DNA of 63,987 nucleotides, filler included, from Octopus bimaculoides (GCF_001194135.2; 9 parts of 9 records of this genome joined end to end with filler, not necessarily neighbours in it); one strand, 5' to 3'. Positions 1-14,600 are shown, counted from the whole stretch's first letter. Program-made: numbers and translations. Notes: generated by a model not told the origin, from the letters alone.

Positions 1-276
1 GGCATCTGAAGCCTCGGGAAATGCTTGTCAAAAGAACAAGACAAGCGTTCCAAAATTATGTTTCTCGACATTTTTCAAATGTCAAGAAGGAAATTTTTGT
101 ATTTTGCTAGGGCCGAAACTGCCCCTGGGGGTCAATTCCTGCCCTTGAAAATACACACAAATGAAGCCTAGGTGCTTCGCAACAAAATTATTTAAAAATT
201 CCAACAAAATGTGGACAGTAAAAGGTCAAATAAACGTTTACCTTCGCAGCCGATGTGACAGCACGTCCGTGAGAAG

Positions 277-338
<62 letters not shown>

Positions 339-478
339 TTGTGTGAATGCATGTATATATGTATTGTGTTGTATCAAATCAGATTTATGTATGATGCTTT
401 CATATGAATATTTGTAACAAAGTATCACAGAAATATAGCAGAAAGAGCAACCCTATGAATTTTCTTTCTCACTCCCTC

Positions 479-537
<59 letters not shown>

Positions 538-3500
538 ACCTCTTTCTTTCTCTCTTCCTTTCTTTCTCTCTCTTTTTCTTTCTCTCTCTCTCTCTTCCAT
601 CATACACACTCACACACGCAACAACTACAAAATGTCAACGAAGATTCATATTGCACCTTCTCACAAATGCTGTGCCTGTAGGTACCCATGGGCTTACGTC
701 ATTCTGAAACTGTCCATTATTGAACAGTCAACTAGGCGAGCCATCTCCTGCCAAGGACACACCACAGCCCACAGTGGATTGCATCGACCATGTACTCGAC
801 TGGGAATTCATTTCATCAACTTTGACATTATCAGGATTTTAACTGAGAATGGAGATGCGTTTAACTAAATTTTGCTACTTGCTATGTTTGACACTCTAAG
901 AATTCTGCCACTCCACCGCATTTAGAGTTAGATTAGATGTCTAACAGTATTATTTTATGGTTCTCCGTTCTAATTTCAAGATCCAACCGGTTCGACTTGT
1001 CTTTCATCCTTCTATAGTCAAGATGTATCAAATATTTTCACGATTGAAACCATCTACCATTAACCACTCCCTGGGCAATTATACAAAACCTCATTATATT
1101 TCATGATAATAACTAACTTCAAGTGGCATGATCATTTGTTGGAATGTAGATCATTTCGCCTTTACATAATCAATGTGCATAGCAACAATACGTGTCTTCA
1201 AAGACAAAATTCTTCAAACGGTAGTTTTTCCACTTGGTTTTTCAGTCACCCAAGAAAATCCATTGAATTAGTTCAACGGTAGTTATTGCTATGAAAGACA
1301 AATTAACAATGCCAATCCACTACTAATTCATCGTAATTTTCTCTTTATTCGCATAAATTAAGAAATTGATGTGCGCCGTTACAGCATATTTTGCCATGAA
1401 GCATTATCATTTTTTTTGTATTGTTGTTGCACGATAGATAGCTGTATCGTTATTGTGTATGAAGTTATTTTAAGTGTTGTAGATAAATTTAGAGCCTATT
1501 AAACTCTTATCTTTGGCTATGTATACAGTTTTTTTTTTATAGGAATTCCATCCCTATAAGAAGAAGCAACACAAATGTGACTCACTAGCCGTCTTTGTCA
1601 GCGGCCACAAAATATCCTCTATCATATCGACTCTAACAGGAATTACAGAATACACAGATTTTTGAAAACTGATGAAATTGTTGAAAACTGATGATGGATA
1701 ATCTCTTTTCAAACAAAAATTACTTTTAGTTTTTGGTCTTAATTTGAATTGCCTGAAGGCATTGCTCTCATGTTAGTAATTAAGCATTTCTAAGTTGTGT
1801 ACTTCAAAATTTAATGTGAGAAACATTAGTGATTCTCTTTCTTATATGCGTATATATATATATATATATATATCCGTGTGTGCATGGATGTATGTGTTTG
1901 CGTGTGTGAGTGAGTTTCTATGTATGTGTGTATTTAAATGGACGGCTGTAAGTATGTGTGTTTATATATATAATTATCTGTTATGTATGTATATATATAT
2001 ATATGCAATCTAAGTGAGTAAATATATGTTCAAATAATTATGACTTAAATAAGCTTGTCGAAATCTCAAATGTATTACCGAATCATACAAATAAAGATAA
2101 AATAAAGTCGAGTTTGGGTTACATGTTATAGAATTGATTCTAATTAAGCTAGGCGTTTCTTTCAATTAACGATATATTGCATTGTTGCATTTGCTGACGG
2201 GATATGTCGTCAGTCGGGCAAACCATGACACTGCTGGTTCGTAGTCATATATAGTCACCGTATAACAATTACAAATTAATTACTAAGTAACGATTGATTC
2301 TGGGAAATACATAGAAGTATCTGGGAAAACCATTATAGCTAAGTAGTTTGTAAGTTGTGTTGAGCGCAACCTACCTCGAATTTAAATCATTGCAGAGCAT
2401 ATAAATTAATATTAGTATCTAATTTAGGTACAAGGATAGCAATTTTGAGAGGGAGCAGCTAGTCGGTATGATCGACAATAATTGACTGGTAATTTATTTT
2501 ATGACCTGACCAAAAAAAAAAAAAAAACAATGAAGGCTAAAATTGATTTTGGTGGGCTTCCAGTCTAGAATGTGTAAAACAGACATGGATAACCTTTTTC
2601 GAAAAGCGGGCCGCATGAGACGTTGCTCATCATCAAGCTGGCAGCATAACTAAATAATTTCAAGGCAATTTTTCATGAAGCGTACCATTAAGAAAGTATC
2701 ACTGGATGCAGGTTGCCAACGACTGAAAAAGTGGGAAGAAATATTGTAAGGAATTTTGTCCNNNNNNNNNNNNNNNNNNNNNNNNNNNNNNNNNNNNNNN
2801 NNNNNNNNNNNNNNNNNNNNNNNNNNNNNNNNNNNNNNNNNNNNNNNNNNNNNNNNNNNNNNNNNNNNNNNNNNNNNNNNNNNNNNNNNNNNNNNNNNNN
2901 NNNNNNNNNNNNNNNNNNNNNNNNNNNNNNNNNNNNNNNNNNNNNNNNNNNNNNNNNNNNNNNNNNNNNNNNNNNNNNNNNNNNNNNNNNNNNNNNNNNN
3001 NNNNNNNNNNNNNNNNNNNNNNNNNNNNNNNNNNNNNNNNNNNNNNNNNNNNNNNNNNNNNNNNNNNNNNNNNNNNNNNNNNNNNNNNNNNNNNNNNNNN
3101 NNNNNNNNNNNNNNNNNNNNNNNNNNNNNNNNNNNNNNNNNNNNNNNNNNNNNNNNNNNNNNNNNNNNNNNNNNNNNNNNNNNNNNNNNNNNNNNNNNNN
3201 NNNNNNNNNNNNNNNNNNNNNNNNNNNNNNNNNNNNNNNNNNNNNNNNNNNNNNNNNNNNNNNNNNNNNNNNNNNNNNNNNNNNNNNNNNNNNNNNNNNN
3301 NNNNNNNNNNNNNNNNNNNNNNNNNNNNNNNNNNNNNNNNNNNNNNNNNNNNNNNNNNNNNNNNNNNNNNNNNNNNNNNNNNNNNNNNNNNNNNNNNNNN
3401 NNNNNNNNNNNNNNNNNNNNNNNNNNNNNNNNNNNNNNNNNNNNNNNNNNNNNNNNNNNNNNNNNNNNNNNNNNNNNNNNNNNNNNNNNNNNNNNNNNNN

Positions 3501-3650
3501 NNNNNNNNNNNNNNNNNNNNNNNNNNNNNNNNNNNNNNNNNNNNNNNNNNNNNNNNNNNNNNNNNNNNNNNNNNNNNNNNNNNNNNNNNNNNNNNNNNNN
3601 NNNNNNNNNNNNNNNNNNNNNNNNNNNNNNNNNNNNNNNNNNNNNNNNNN

Positions 3651-3696
<46 letters not shown>

Positions 3697-5560
3697 TGCC
3701 TGTCAACGAAGCAGAGATCGAAAAATGTTCCAAGGCTATTTAAAGGTGTTTGTTCTCATAGCATAATTTGCTTCAATACGCTTGCTGACATTACAGGGAA
3801 ATTTTTATAGCTAGGTCAAGGAGATAAGGACAATGCGCATGTCACTTTGTTCCTTTTCACGGTCTTTAAGACTGATGGAAGGTAAAAGGGAAATTATTCT
3901 CAAACTTAAGACTTCGTCCCAGTGTTTACAGCAAAGTGAACTCCGCTAAAGGCATTCAAGCACCACCACTTTTATCCACGAGTGTCTTTAGTAGAGTTTT
4001 ACTCTGTCGTAAGCGTTCAGGCAACGTATTCAGTTGAAGAATAACTACCTCGTTCAAGCAAACCTGGATAGCCTGATAGAAATTGAATGGTGCTGCCTTC
4101 GGTCTTTGAATGAATGAAAAAAATGTAGTTAAATCAATGGTAGCGTACAAAAATTGTAAATGAAAGTAAAAAGTTTCTCTGATTGATAATGATTCATTTC
4201 AACTAAGTACAAAATACACACTTGCCGGAGGAGGCTCTGTAATCTATCTAATTCACAACATTTTCTTCCTGGTTTATGTATTTCATCGATTCTGGAAAGA
4301 TAGCAAAACGAATTCGAACCCAACTAGATTTAAATTGAAACCATGCATATTATATTCGTTGCTGTAGACTCTTTATAATAATTGCTTGCTGCGGTGAGCA
4401 CTGCTGAGAATAAAGTAGGCTGGCGGAAAAAAACAGATCCGGTGCCAGGTTTCATTCCTCAAAATAAACACAATCGAAAGTGGGTTGTGAATGCAGTTAT
4501 TCAGCAGTTTATCTCTAATAGAAGACATACATCTATAACGATGCCCATCTATAAGTGTGTTTAATTTTAAGAGAACAACTATGAAGGAAATCTGTGAATA
4601 TTATTTCTGTTACCAGATCTGCCTTATAATATTCCCCTCAAACATAATCCTTGTAAAATTTTGTTTCTGCTGCTGTTATTGTTGTTGTTGTTATTATTGC
4701 TGTTCTTGCCGATTTAAGATCAAGCCTGAAGAAGTAGAACACATATGGCCAACGGCATTCAGCCACGAGCATTCCTTCATTTAGCCATGCATTCAATGTC
4801 TAGGAACAACAGGAAAGGAAATGCTTTGCTCGAGGGCACAGCGCAATGCTCGATCCGAGAATCAAAACTATAACTTGATGGTGAAGAACCGAATGCCTTC
4901 GCCATTATGCCAAACACCTCCACGAGGTGAGAGACACAATCTACTATAAATTGATAAGTGTTTTATTAGTTTGTATTGCGAGATATAACGTCTTTTGTGG
5001 AGAAATTCACCTCCGGCCATCCTAACCATTTCATTCATTTTTCTTCATTCCAATGATGCTACAGATAATCATCAGTCTAATGGAAACGAGGATCTTTTGA
5101 AGGGCGAAAGAAGTTACATGTGCTCGAGGAGTCTAGTAGTGAATTTGGGTGATTTCAAATCTTGTCATTTTAACTTTAAACTTCAAATGTCAAAATAAAA
5201 TAGCACGAACATTTGGATGGCGTTTTGCTATATCTAGTTCTTGAAATATATAAACAGGTGAAAATACGTTTAAAAAGAAACATGTTTTAAAACTAAGTCA
5301 AAGATTCGACAGGCGAATGAATATTTCGGTGAGAGCAAACAAATAAGGTGTGTCACCTTGCACATCAACACACAAATGCAAAAACTTACTAACATGGCAG
5401 AAATGTGTTTTTTTTTTTGTTTTTTTTTTTAAACAAATGCTGAAGATATCATACTGTAGATAGAGCAACAAACGTTAAATTCCGTAGAAGTGTAAAAACA
5501 CCACTGAACGAACTCTTAAGATAGGTGGACTACAAGTTGAATTATATGTATATATATATC

Positions 5561-5599
<39 letters not shown>

Positions 5600-5699
5600 N
5601 NNNNNNNNNNNNNNNNNNNNNNNNNNNNNNNNNNNNNNNNNNNTTAATTAATTAANNNNNNNNNNNNNNNNNNNNNNNNNNNNNNNNNNNNNNNNNNNN

Positions 5700-5750
<51 letters not shown>

Positions 5751-6320
5751 AGTGACCTTGACGTAGCATTTGTGTTCAAAATGTGACTGCGTCGATGCAA
5801 ACAAATTCCAGTTCCACGAGAAACAGTAATCTCTAGAAAATGGAAGGTATGAAAAACAGATTAAGAATAATTAATAAATATTAATTGAGAAGGATTATAA
5901 TAATAAGAGATCTATGCTTATAAAGTGGTTTTAGGATAGATTATTTTAGAAAAATATAAACAAGATTTCTGTGAAGAAATAAAATGAGTGTCGATGCTGA
6001 GTGACGTCATTCAATTACTGTTAGGTTAATGAGGTTATGGGAATGTAAGATTGAAATTAGGCTCTTCTGCTATAGTCTCGTGAGTGAATTTGCTTGACAG
6101 AAACTGTAAGGAAGCCCACCGTATATATACATACATGCTCATATATATATATATATATATATATGTTCAATTTTTCCTATTAATTAATATCTACCTTTGT
6201 TTTATTCTTAATTGAAAAAGTCGGAAAGACAGAAACTGGTACTAACCATTACAAAATGTATTTTATAACAAAATTATTTTAGCTTCTTCTACCGCGTCTT
6301 ATTTTCCTTATATATATATA

Positions 6321-6625
6321 GAGTCCTCTTAGAAGCAACCCTCATTACACGTTCCAGCTGGATTTCCAAGTGTAACCAACTGAGGCTATTGATATTGCCC
6401 AACCATTTTGTTCTTGGACTACCCCTAGGTCTCCGGACAGTTGATTCAACTTGAAGAGTCCATCATGCGATTTCTTTCCTTCGACATTCTAATCACATGT
6501 CTTGCAGTACCAGAGTTGTAGGGCCTCGACCTTGAGTGACTTTCTGATCTCTGAACTACGCTATCGAGTAAAGCTATTTCAGATATCTTCTGGAGAATCC
6601 CCTTTTCGGCTATTTGTCTTCGCAT
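6321..6625 (-). mobile_element. 3' fragment of an RTE-clade LINE
   Basis: Minus strand reads ..ARHVIRMSKERNR.. and ..RRPRGSPRTKWLGNINSLSW.., matching the RTE C-terminal GHVxRM / RPRGRPRTRW motifs. Confidence 0.7.
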
Positions 6626-7021
6626 AATATAAAATAATAATTAGAACTCTTTTTTTTCTTCTTTACGAGAGTCGAGAGTCAAAGAGAAACTGTAGAAAGG
6701 TGTGAAACTAAATGGGTGTCGAAAATGGGTCAGCATTCTTGGCGGAATGTGAGTTACACCATTAATGGATTTCAAGTATGAAGTAACTAAATAAATTAAT
6801 GGGAAAATAGCTGAGAATAAAGCAAAAGAAAGTAATATCTGGATGAAATGAATTTAATTAAAATATGAGAAGGAACTGCAGAAAGCATTAATTTATTGGT
6901 TTGACCTCAGAGGAAGATATTTGTGAGTTGGTTTGGAAAAGGAGGAGGAGGAGGAGGAGGAGGAGGCGGAGGAGGAGGAGATGAAGAATAATAATAATAA
7001 TAAGAAGAAGAAGAATAAGAA

Positions 7022-7052
<31 letters not shown>

Positions 7053-7243
7053 AAGAAGAAGAAGAAGAAGAATCTTTTCTAGCTCAAGGCAAGCATAGCT
7101 TTAATGGCATTAATAACAATTTTGCGACAGAGGTGGATATATATGTGTATATATATGTATATACATACATACAGATATATATACATTACATATATGTGTG
7201 TGTATTACAAATATATATAAAATTATATATATGNNNNNNNNNN

Positions 7244-7274
<31 letters not shown>

Positions 7275-7280
<6 letters not shown>

Positions 7281-7470
7281 GTATTATCTTTTACTTCAGT
7301 CATTTTACTGTGGCCATACTGGGGCACCGCTTTTCTGGGTTTCAGTCGAACAAATCGACCCCACTACTTATTTTCAAATCTGAAACTAATTATATCGGTT
7401 TCTTCTGCCCCATCGCTAAGTTATGGGAATGTACACGAGCCAACAACAGTTGCCAAGTGGCAGCGTGGGA
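7275..7470 (-). mobile_element. Family-A SINE 3' fragment
   Basis: ttcagtcattttactgtggccatactggggcaccgc..gtcgaacaaatcgacccc..gctaagttatgg, matching the 45421 copy. Confidence 0.7.
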
Positions 7471-7529
7471 CAAACACAAATACATGCATATATATGTGTG
7501 TGCGTGCATGTATATACATATATATATAT

Positions 7530-7543
7530 ATAGATAGACAGAC

Positions 7544-7610
<67 letters not shown>

Positions 7611-7671
7611 CAGACAGATAGATAGATAGATAGATAGACAGACAGATAGATAGATAGATAGATAGACAGAC

Positions 7672-7702
<31 letters not shown>

Positions 7703-7707
7703 CAGAC

Positions 7708-7777
<70 letters not shown>

Positions 7778-7787
7778 ATAGACAGAC

Positions 7788-7850
<63 letters not shown>
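7530..7850. repeat. Long compound (AGAT)n/(AGAC)n microsatellite
   Basis: About 320 bp of tetranucleotide repeat. Similar tracts occur at 276-338, 13550-13608 and 60950-61065. Confidence 0.95.
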
Positions 7851-9119
7851 GCTATATTTATGTGTATACACACGTATACTTACATTACATATACATATAC
7901 CAACATGTATGTGTGTGTGTGTTTCTGTATATACATACATACACATGTATACATGCATACATACACACACACATACATATACATACATAACCAGACATAT
8001 CCCACAGAAGGGAGGGCAGGAAGGGGGAGAGAGTGGGAGTGAGAGAGGGAGGGAGGAAGAGGGGAAGAGGAAAGAAAGGAGCGGGATGAATTAATTGTTA
8101 ATCTTGTGAAGATTTGCACCAAGGTAGATTAGTGAGGTTCAGGTGAGAAAGGGGGGGTTGGGGATGAGGGATTCTTCTATAATTGAAATAAGTGATGACA
8201 ATAAGCGGAGAGAGAGAGATAGAGGGAGGGGGAAGGGAGGAAGAAAAGAGATAAAAACTTCCTCGCTCCAAAACAGTCCTATGTTGTGCAATGAGCCATA
8301 AAACTATTCACCGCTCACCGCTCCAGCCGCCATCTTTCTCTACAATTTACTTCACCTCATCCAACAACAACGAAAACATCAAGTCTTATCTAGTCTCTTC
8401 TTCTTCTTCTTCTTCTTCTTCTTCTTCTTCTTCTTCTATCTATCTATCTATCTAGAAATTGTTTCTTTCTGGCTTTCTTTCTTCCTTCCTCCCTTCCTCC
8501 CTTTCTTCCTTTCTTCCTTTCTTTCTTTCTCCACCGTGCCACCCTAGTGACGATCTAACACAGATAAGACTGTAGGAATAATAGCCTCGATCAAACAAGA
8601 CGGGCATCTGAACACGAAATACGAGATTCAAGTCGGAGCCTTCACACATCGTTAAAAAGTCATTTTTACTTAACAAAACATGCCTAAAGTGCCGGATTGA
8701 GTTACAAGGAAAACTCAAAGAACAAGCAAATGGACCGGGTTTATTTGAATCTGCTTTCCTTTTATTTTCGGAGCTTTTTAATATTGTATTATATTTATTT
8801 ATTTTGGGATTTATTTTTAGCTTTAAATAAAGAAAAGGGTCCCTTTGGAGCTGCTTATAATTTTGGTCAAGTTCGTCATAGTTGCCTGCTGGTGTGTATG
8901 TAATACATACATACATAAATACATACATACATACATACATACGTAGATATACATCCATTGGATGTGTTTTTAGTGAAGAGGGGCGGTGGGAGAACACTGA
9001 ATTCATTGAAGGAGAAAGGACAGGGCTGATAGGTAAATGAGTGGGGGCAAGATAGATTAGGTAAAATATATGTACACACACAATATATATATACATACAT
9101 ACATAGATGTGTGTGTGTA

Positions 9120-9270
9120 CGACGGGGCTTCAGTTTTCGTCTACCAAGTTCGCGCACAAGATTTGGTTGGCCTGGAGCTATTATTGAAGACACTTGCCTA
9201 GTGTCACGCAGTGGGGATTGAACGGTGAACCAGGTGGTTGGGAAGCAAGCTTCTTACCACACAGTCACGC
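9120..9270 (-). mobile_element. Family-A SINE head fragment
   Basis: gacggggcttcagttttcgtctaccaa..aagacacttgcc..cgcagtgggg..aagcaagcttcttaccacacag. Confidence 0.75.
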
Positions 9271-9914
9271 ATAGATAGATAGATAGAGAGAGAGGGGGGA
9301 GATGGTGACAAAAAGGGAGGAAAATGACAAAGAATACGCATCGAGTAACACTAAGACTTTTGATTTGTCAAAACACTTAAAGATGGCGGAGAGGCGAAAA
9401 GACCGACGAGACTAGAAATATATGAGCCTCGTTGTGGGAAACATTCTATAATATTAGAAGAGTAAGACGGCTGGTTAGTTGGTTCGGCGAAAGATAAAAG
9501 AGATCCAACTCCACCCCCACCCCACCTCGCGTCACAACAAAAAAAGAAAAGAAAGAAAAGAGGCGACAAAGAATATTGAAGAGGAAAAAAAAGGCGAGTG
9601 GGACAAACGTCAAATATTTCCACTCATGGTTTTCTTTCAATGTGAATGAATTAACAAGAAAAGGATTTCGACTCTTATCTATTAAGACTGATTGTGTTGT
9701 GTGTGTGTGTGTGTGTGTGTGTGTACGTACACAATGTAAAAGTTTTCAAAATTCGTCATGTACATATAAAGACACAAACGTACTCAAACACACACGCATA
9801 CACACACACACAAGCACACACACAAACACACACACACACACACATACACGATGCTCCCAAGAAAGTCCTGTCACATTTTTGACTTCTTCGCTTTGAGCGT
9901 ATTTTTTTCAACAC

Positions 9915-10040
9915 TTATTTCTTTTACCTGTTTCAGTCAGTTGACAGCGGCCACGCTGGAGCACCGCATTTAGTCGAACACATCGACCCCCCAGGACTTA
10001 TTTTTTGTAAGCCTGGTACTTATTCTATCGGTCTCTTTTT
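9915..10040 (-). mobile_element. Family-A SINE 3' fragment
   Basis: tgtttcagtcagttgacagcggccacgctggagcaccgc..tcgacccc..ggtacttattctatcggtctc. Confidence 0.75.
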
Positions 10041-10372
10041 GGACGAATGGGTATATGTCGATTAGTGTGCTGAAGTGTTGAGTAAAGCACTGGCATGGTT
10101 TGGACTACCTGGTGTCATCCGCAGTTGGGCTATAATTCTGCTGAATCCACTCCAGGAACTCCGCAGTGTTAGTTGAGATAATAATAATAATTTCTTAAGT
10201 AACCAGAAGATGGAGCTGATATAAATCTTTATTTTAGACAACGGTCTTTTCAACCCATCCTGCTACTGTCCCTTATGGGTGGGATTCCGTTCAACATGTT
10301 GTTTCGCATCCATTTTGCAGTGTGGGTCTCATCGGGTGCATCCATACATAAAGTTATGTCTCGCTAAAGATC

Positions 10373-10444
10373 CTGAGTTTTGGCTGCCATGTTGTTCTAT
10401 GGACATATAACAGACGGCCATACAACATGGCAGCCAAAACTCAG
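10373..10444. repeat. Perfect 23-bp inverted repeat with 26-nt loop
   Basis: ctgagttttggctgccatgttgt (10373-10395) / acaacatggcagccaaaactcag (10422-10444). Confidence 0.9.
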
Positions 10445-10715
10445 TGCACAGACATGCTTACCAACCACTTGTGTTATCCCAGAAACAACTGTAAGGCTTC
10501 AAATTCACCTGACCCTAATTAAATTATTCTAAATGACTTGAGAAACTTTTGGTTTTGATTTTTCTTCTAATATGATATATACCTGCTATAACGAAATCCT
10601 AATATGGATCCCTAGATCCAGCCTTAGGTGTGATCTTGGAATCTAACGATCGACCAACTATAGCACTTACCCAGGGTACCTATTCGTTTAGATCACAAGC
10701 GAGCTAAACCCCTCA

Positions 10716-10761
<46 letters not shown>

Positions 10762-11633
10762 ATATATATATATATATATATATATGTGCGAATGTGTGTG
10801 TCTCTGTGTATCTGTGAGTGTGTATGTGCGTGCGTGTGTGTGCATACGTTTGTGGGTGTGTTCGCACGCGCATGTATGAACATACATGAGAAAAAGATTA
10901 TTTTATCGCAAAACCTATTTCCAGATCTTCTGAACCAGTGATGGCGTACAAGGCTGATAAAAACTGATTAAATTGATTAAAGTTTATATACGTACNNNNN
11001 NNNNNNNNNNNNNNNNNNNNNNNNNNNNNNNNNNNNNNNNNNNNNNNNNNNNNNNNNNNNNNNNNNNNNNNNNNNNNNNNNNNNNNNNNNNNNNNNNNNN
11101 NNNNNNNNNNNNNNNNNNNNNNNNNNNNNNNNNNNNNNNNNNNNNNNNNNNNNNNNNNNNNNNNNNNNNNNNNNNNNNNNNNNNNNNNNNNNNNNNNNNN
11201 NNNNNNNNNNNNNNNNNNNNNNNNNNNNNNNNNNNNNNNNNNNNNNNNNNNNNNNNNNNNNNNNNNNNNNNNNNNNNNNNNNNNNNNNNNNNNNNNNNNN
11301 NNNNNNNNNNNNNNNNNNNNNNNNNNNNNNNNNNNNNNNNNNNNNNNNNNNNNNNNNNNNNNNNNNNNNNNNNNNNNNNNNNNNNNNNNNNNNNNNNNNN
11401 NNNNNNNNNNNNNNNNNNNNNNNNNNNNNNNNNNNNNNNNNNNNNNNNNNNNNNNNNNNNNNNNNNNNNNNNNNNNNNNNNNNNNNNNNNNNNNNNNNNN
11501 NNNNNNNNNNNTATATGGAAAAACATAAACCATATAAATTTCACTTTTCTGGCGAAAAATCAAAAGCAAAATTGAAATCTGATGAAAACAGGAATCATCA
11601 TCATCATCATCATCATCGTCGTCGTCGTCGTCG

Positions 11634-11664
<31 letters not shown>

Positions 11665-11853
11665 TGGTCTTTGCGTTCCTAGTTGAAATCTCGCTGAGCT
11701 CAACTTTGTCTTTTTATCCTTTGCGTGTCGATAGAACAAGAAGTTCCAGCCGAGTTTGGCTTTGATGACACCGGCAAACACCTTCTCCTCAAAATTACTG
11801 GCATTGTGCCGAAATCAGAAATTATTATTATCATCATCATCATTATTATTATC

Positions 11854-11904
<51 letters not shown>

Positions 11905-12059
11905 TGGTGGTGGTGGCGGCGGCGGCGTCTACTTCAGCAATTGACAGAAAAAGTCTTCCATTGCAACTACCCTTGCAGGAACTTGGCTGCGACGGCTGGG
12001 CCTCGGCTATGTTTGGCAGAGTAATTTGCACTCCATTGCGTTTATAGTCCCACGTGCAG

Positions 12060-12390
12060 GTACGGTCTGGCCGAATGGTTAATAAGTCTTCTTCACAACC
12101 ATATGGTCACGGGTTCGGTTCTATTACGACACAGATGGAGCAAATGCCATTCTCTATAGTGTCAAGTAGACTTACAACCATGTGGATTGAAATTTGGTGG
12201 ATGGAAACTGTACTGAAGCCCATCACTTACATGCTTGTTCCAAATTATGTCATGCAGATTCTGCCATAAGAATTACATGATAGCACGTGTGCCTATGGAA
12301 TACTCAGCCACTTACTCGTACATTCAAGGGAAGGTAATTCAGTTGATCGTACAACTGAATCCTCATTGTTGAACGATGGAAGTCCACGAC
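12060..12390 (+). mobile_element. Diverged tRNA-derived SINE (A-like head, family-C-like tail)
   Basis: tggccgaatggttaa..gggttcggttc head; ggaaactgtactgaagccc; tail cacgtgtgcctatggaatactcagccactt..gttgatcgtacaactg. Confidence 0.6.
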
Positions 12391-13247
12391 TTCACATCGA
12401 GAACGCTGCTTCAAAGAATTTCGTCCCCCCCCCTCTCACTTGATTCCGCGCTCTCCCTCCCTCCCTCCCTCTCTCGATCCTATACTTTTTACTTCTCTCT
12501 CTCTCTCTTTCCCTCTCTGTCCCTCTGCCTCTCACTCCGTCCTTCTCCCTGTCCCTCTGCCCCTTTTTCTGTCTTTGTCTGCCTGTCTCTCTCTCTCTCT
12601 CTCGCTCTCTTTCTTACCTCCTCTCTATTTGTTTACAGATTTATTCCTCTACTCTTCCCATTATATTACTGAAATCCTTAACGAAAGGAAAATAAGAATG
12701 AAATGGGAACCCTAATGTCTAGAATAGAGAGAAACATGGGAATTTAGTTTTACACGATCTAAAACCGAAAAAAGGGTAAAGATCGGGTGATGGGGCTGGA
12801 TGGGAGCTGGCTAAGGAGTAATGTTGGAGGTCTATTGCTTCGCTTCGCAAACAAACACGACACAAGGAAGACAAAGAGCAAAAGAATATCACATGTCTTG
12901 GCCATTTAAGAAGAATTTTTACTTCCTTCCAGTCTTCGGTCACCGTAATTATGTTTTTCTTATCGACTTTTTGTTTGTTTGTTTGTTTATGACACCCGTG
13001 GCGGGTAACAGTGTCCGGTAAAGAACGAACCGCTGAGAAAGAGATTATTTCTCTACCATTTCACGCCTCTCCAAGTAATAAACGATAACCAAAAACAATT
13101 TACAATAATGTTTAAAAGCTTTTTTCTGACTTCTGTCTTCTTTCTCTCTCTTTTCTTTTATTTTTAAATCATTTTTTGCGTTTGTCGTCTGTTAAATTTT
13201 CTGTTTCTGATTTGTTTTCGTTTTCGGTAGGACGATGACCTGTCTCA

Positions 13248-13450
13248 GTCTTGAGAGAATTCTGGCTTGTCATATTCTCTTGAGAGAATGATAGTTTGTT
13301 TAAGTCTTAAGAGATTGCTCTGCCTACGTCTTGAGAAAGTGGTGACTTTCTCTCTTTCTTAAGAGATTGGTGACTCTGTCTCAACACTGACAGAATTGTG
13401 GTTTGTCTTCATCCATAAGAGTATGGGGGCTCAGCTCAGTCTTGAGAAAA
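13248..13450. repeat. Degenerate ~27-bp minisatellite anchored on TCTTRAGA
   Basis: TCTTRAGA at 13249, 13278, 13305, 13329, 13357 and 13440, with decayed copies near 13385 and 13413. Confidence 0.7.
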
Positions 13451-13519
13451 TAGCGCTCACCTTTCACCTTTTATCTTTTGCTTGTTTCAGTCATTGGATT
13501 GCGGCCATGCTGGGACACT

Positions 13520-13609
<90 letters not shown>

Positions 13610-14336
13610 TAATTTACATACATGCACATATATACATATATAATACATATACACGCATACACACACATACACACGCGTACCTATACATACACACATACAC
13701 CCATATATTTATACACAAATAACAGTAAAAGACCCCACTGCTTTCTTTTAGTGAAATTCCCTTGTGAATTATGGCTAAGACCTTCCTATGATCTCCCAGC
13801 CCCGACCATCAACCCTATCACAAACCCCTACACAACCACCACCCACCCCCTCTTTTACATATGCTGTGTGTGTTGAGCAAGGTTTTGTTTTTTGGGTCTT
13901 TTTTTTTTTCTCTCTATGTGAAGTGACTGCAAGGTGCAGCAAGGTCAGTAAGGCCGGGATGGATGGTCAGCAGAGGTTTGAAAGCAATTTTCTCGCCTGG
14001 CAAATATTTCTTGTCGTCGTGGTGGTGGTGGTGGTGGTGGTGGTGCGTTCAGTTAAAAGAGAAATATCAGAGTTGCTAGGAAAGACGACGTGATGGAAGA
14101 GAATTTTAAAAGTTTAATCGGCTGTGGAAAGAGTTGGACTTCAAAAGAGACTCTTACATCGAGCCGAGGGGGGAAAAAAGGGGGACTGCGCGTGTGACGT
14201 GTGTGGTGTGTGTGTGTGTATAGATAGATAGATTACAAACACATACACGTATATATATACACACATTGACATTTATATTTATGTATTTATGTTTACGTAT
14301 GTATATATATAGAGATGGATATATATACATACATAC

Positions 14337-14378
<42 letters not shown>

Positions 14379-14389
14379 ATGTATTCTTT

Positions 14390-14600
14390 TATTTGCTTCA
14401 GACATTTGAGTGCGGCAATGCTGGAGCCCCGCCTTGAAGAATTTTAATCGAACAACTCGACCCCAGAATTTATTTTTTAAGCGTAGTTTTTTTTCTGTCG
14501 GTTTCTTTTGCCGAACAGCTACGTTACGGGGACGTAAACATACCAACACCGGTTGTCAAGCGGTGATGGAGGGACAAATACAGACACACATATTGGGCCC
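14390..14600 (-). mobile_element. Family-A SINE 3' fragment
   Basis: gcggcaatgctggagccccgccttgaag..ttttgccgaacagctacgttacggggacgtaaacataccaacaccggttgtcaagcg. Confidence 0.75.

Noticed and set aside
13248-13450. Repeat-spacer pattern superficially like a CRISPR array
   Set aside because: The anchor is only ~8-11 bp and degenerate, the context is eukaryotic, and there are no cas genes.
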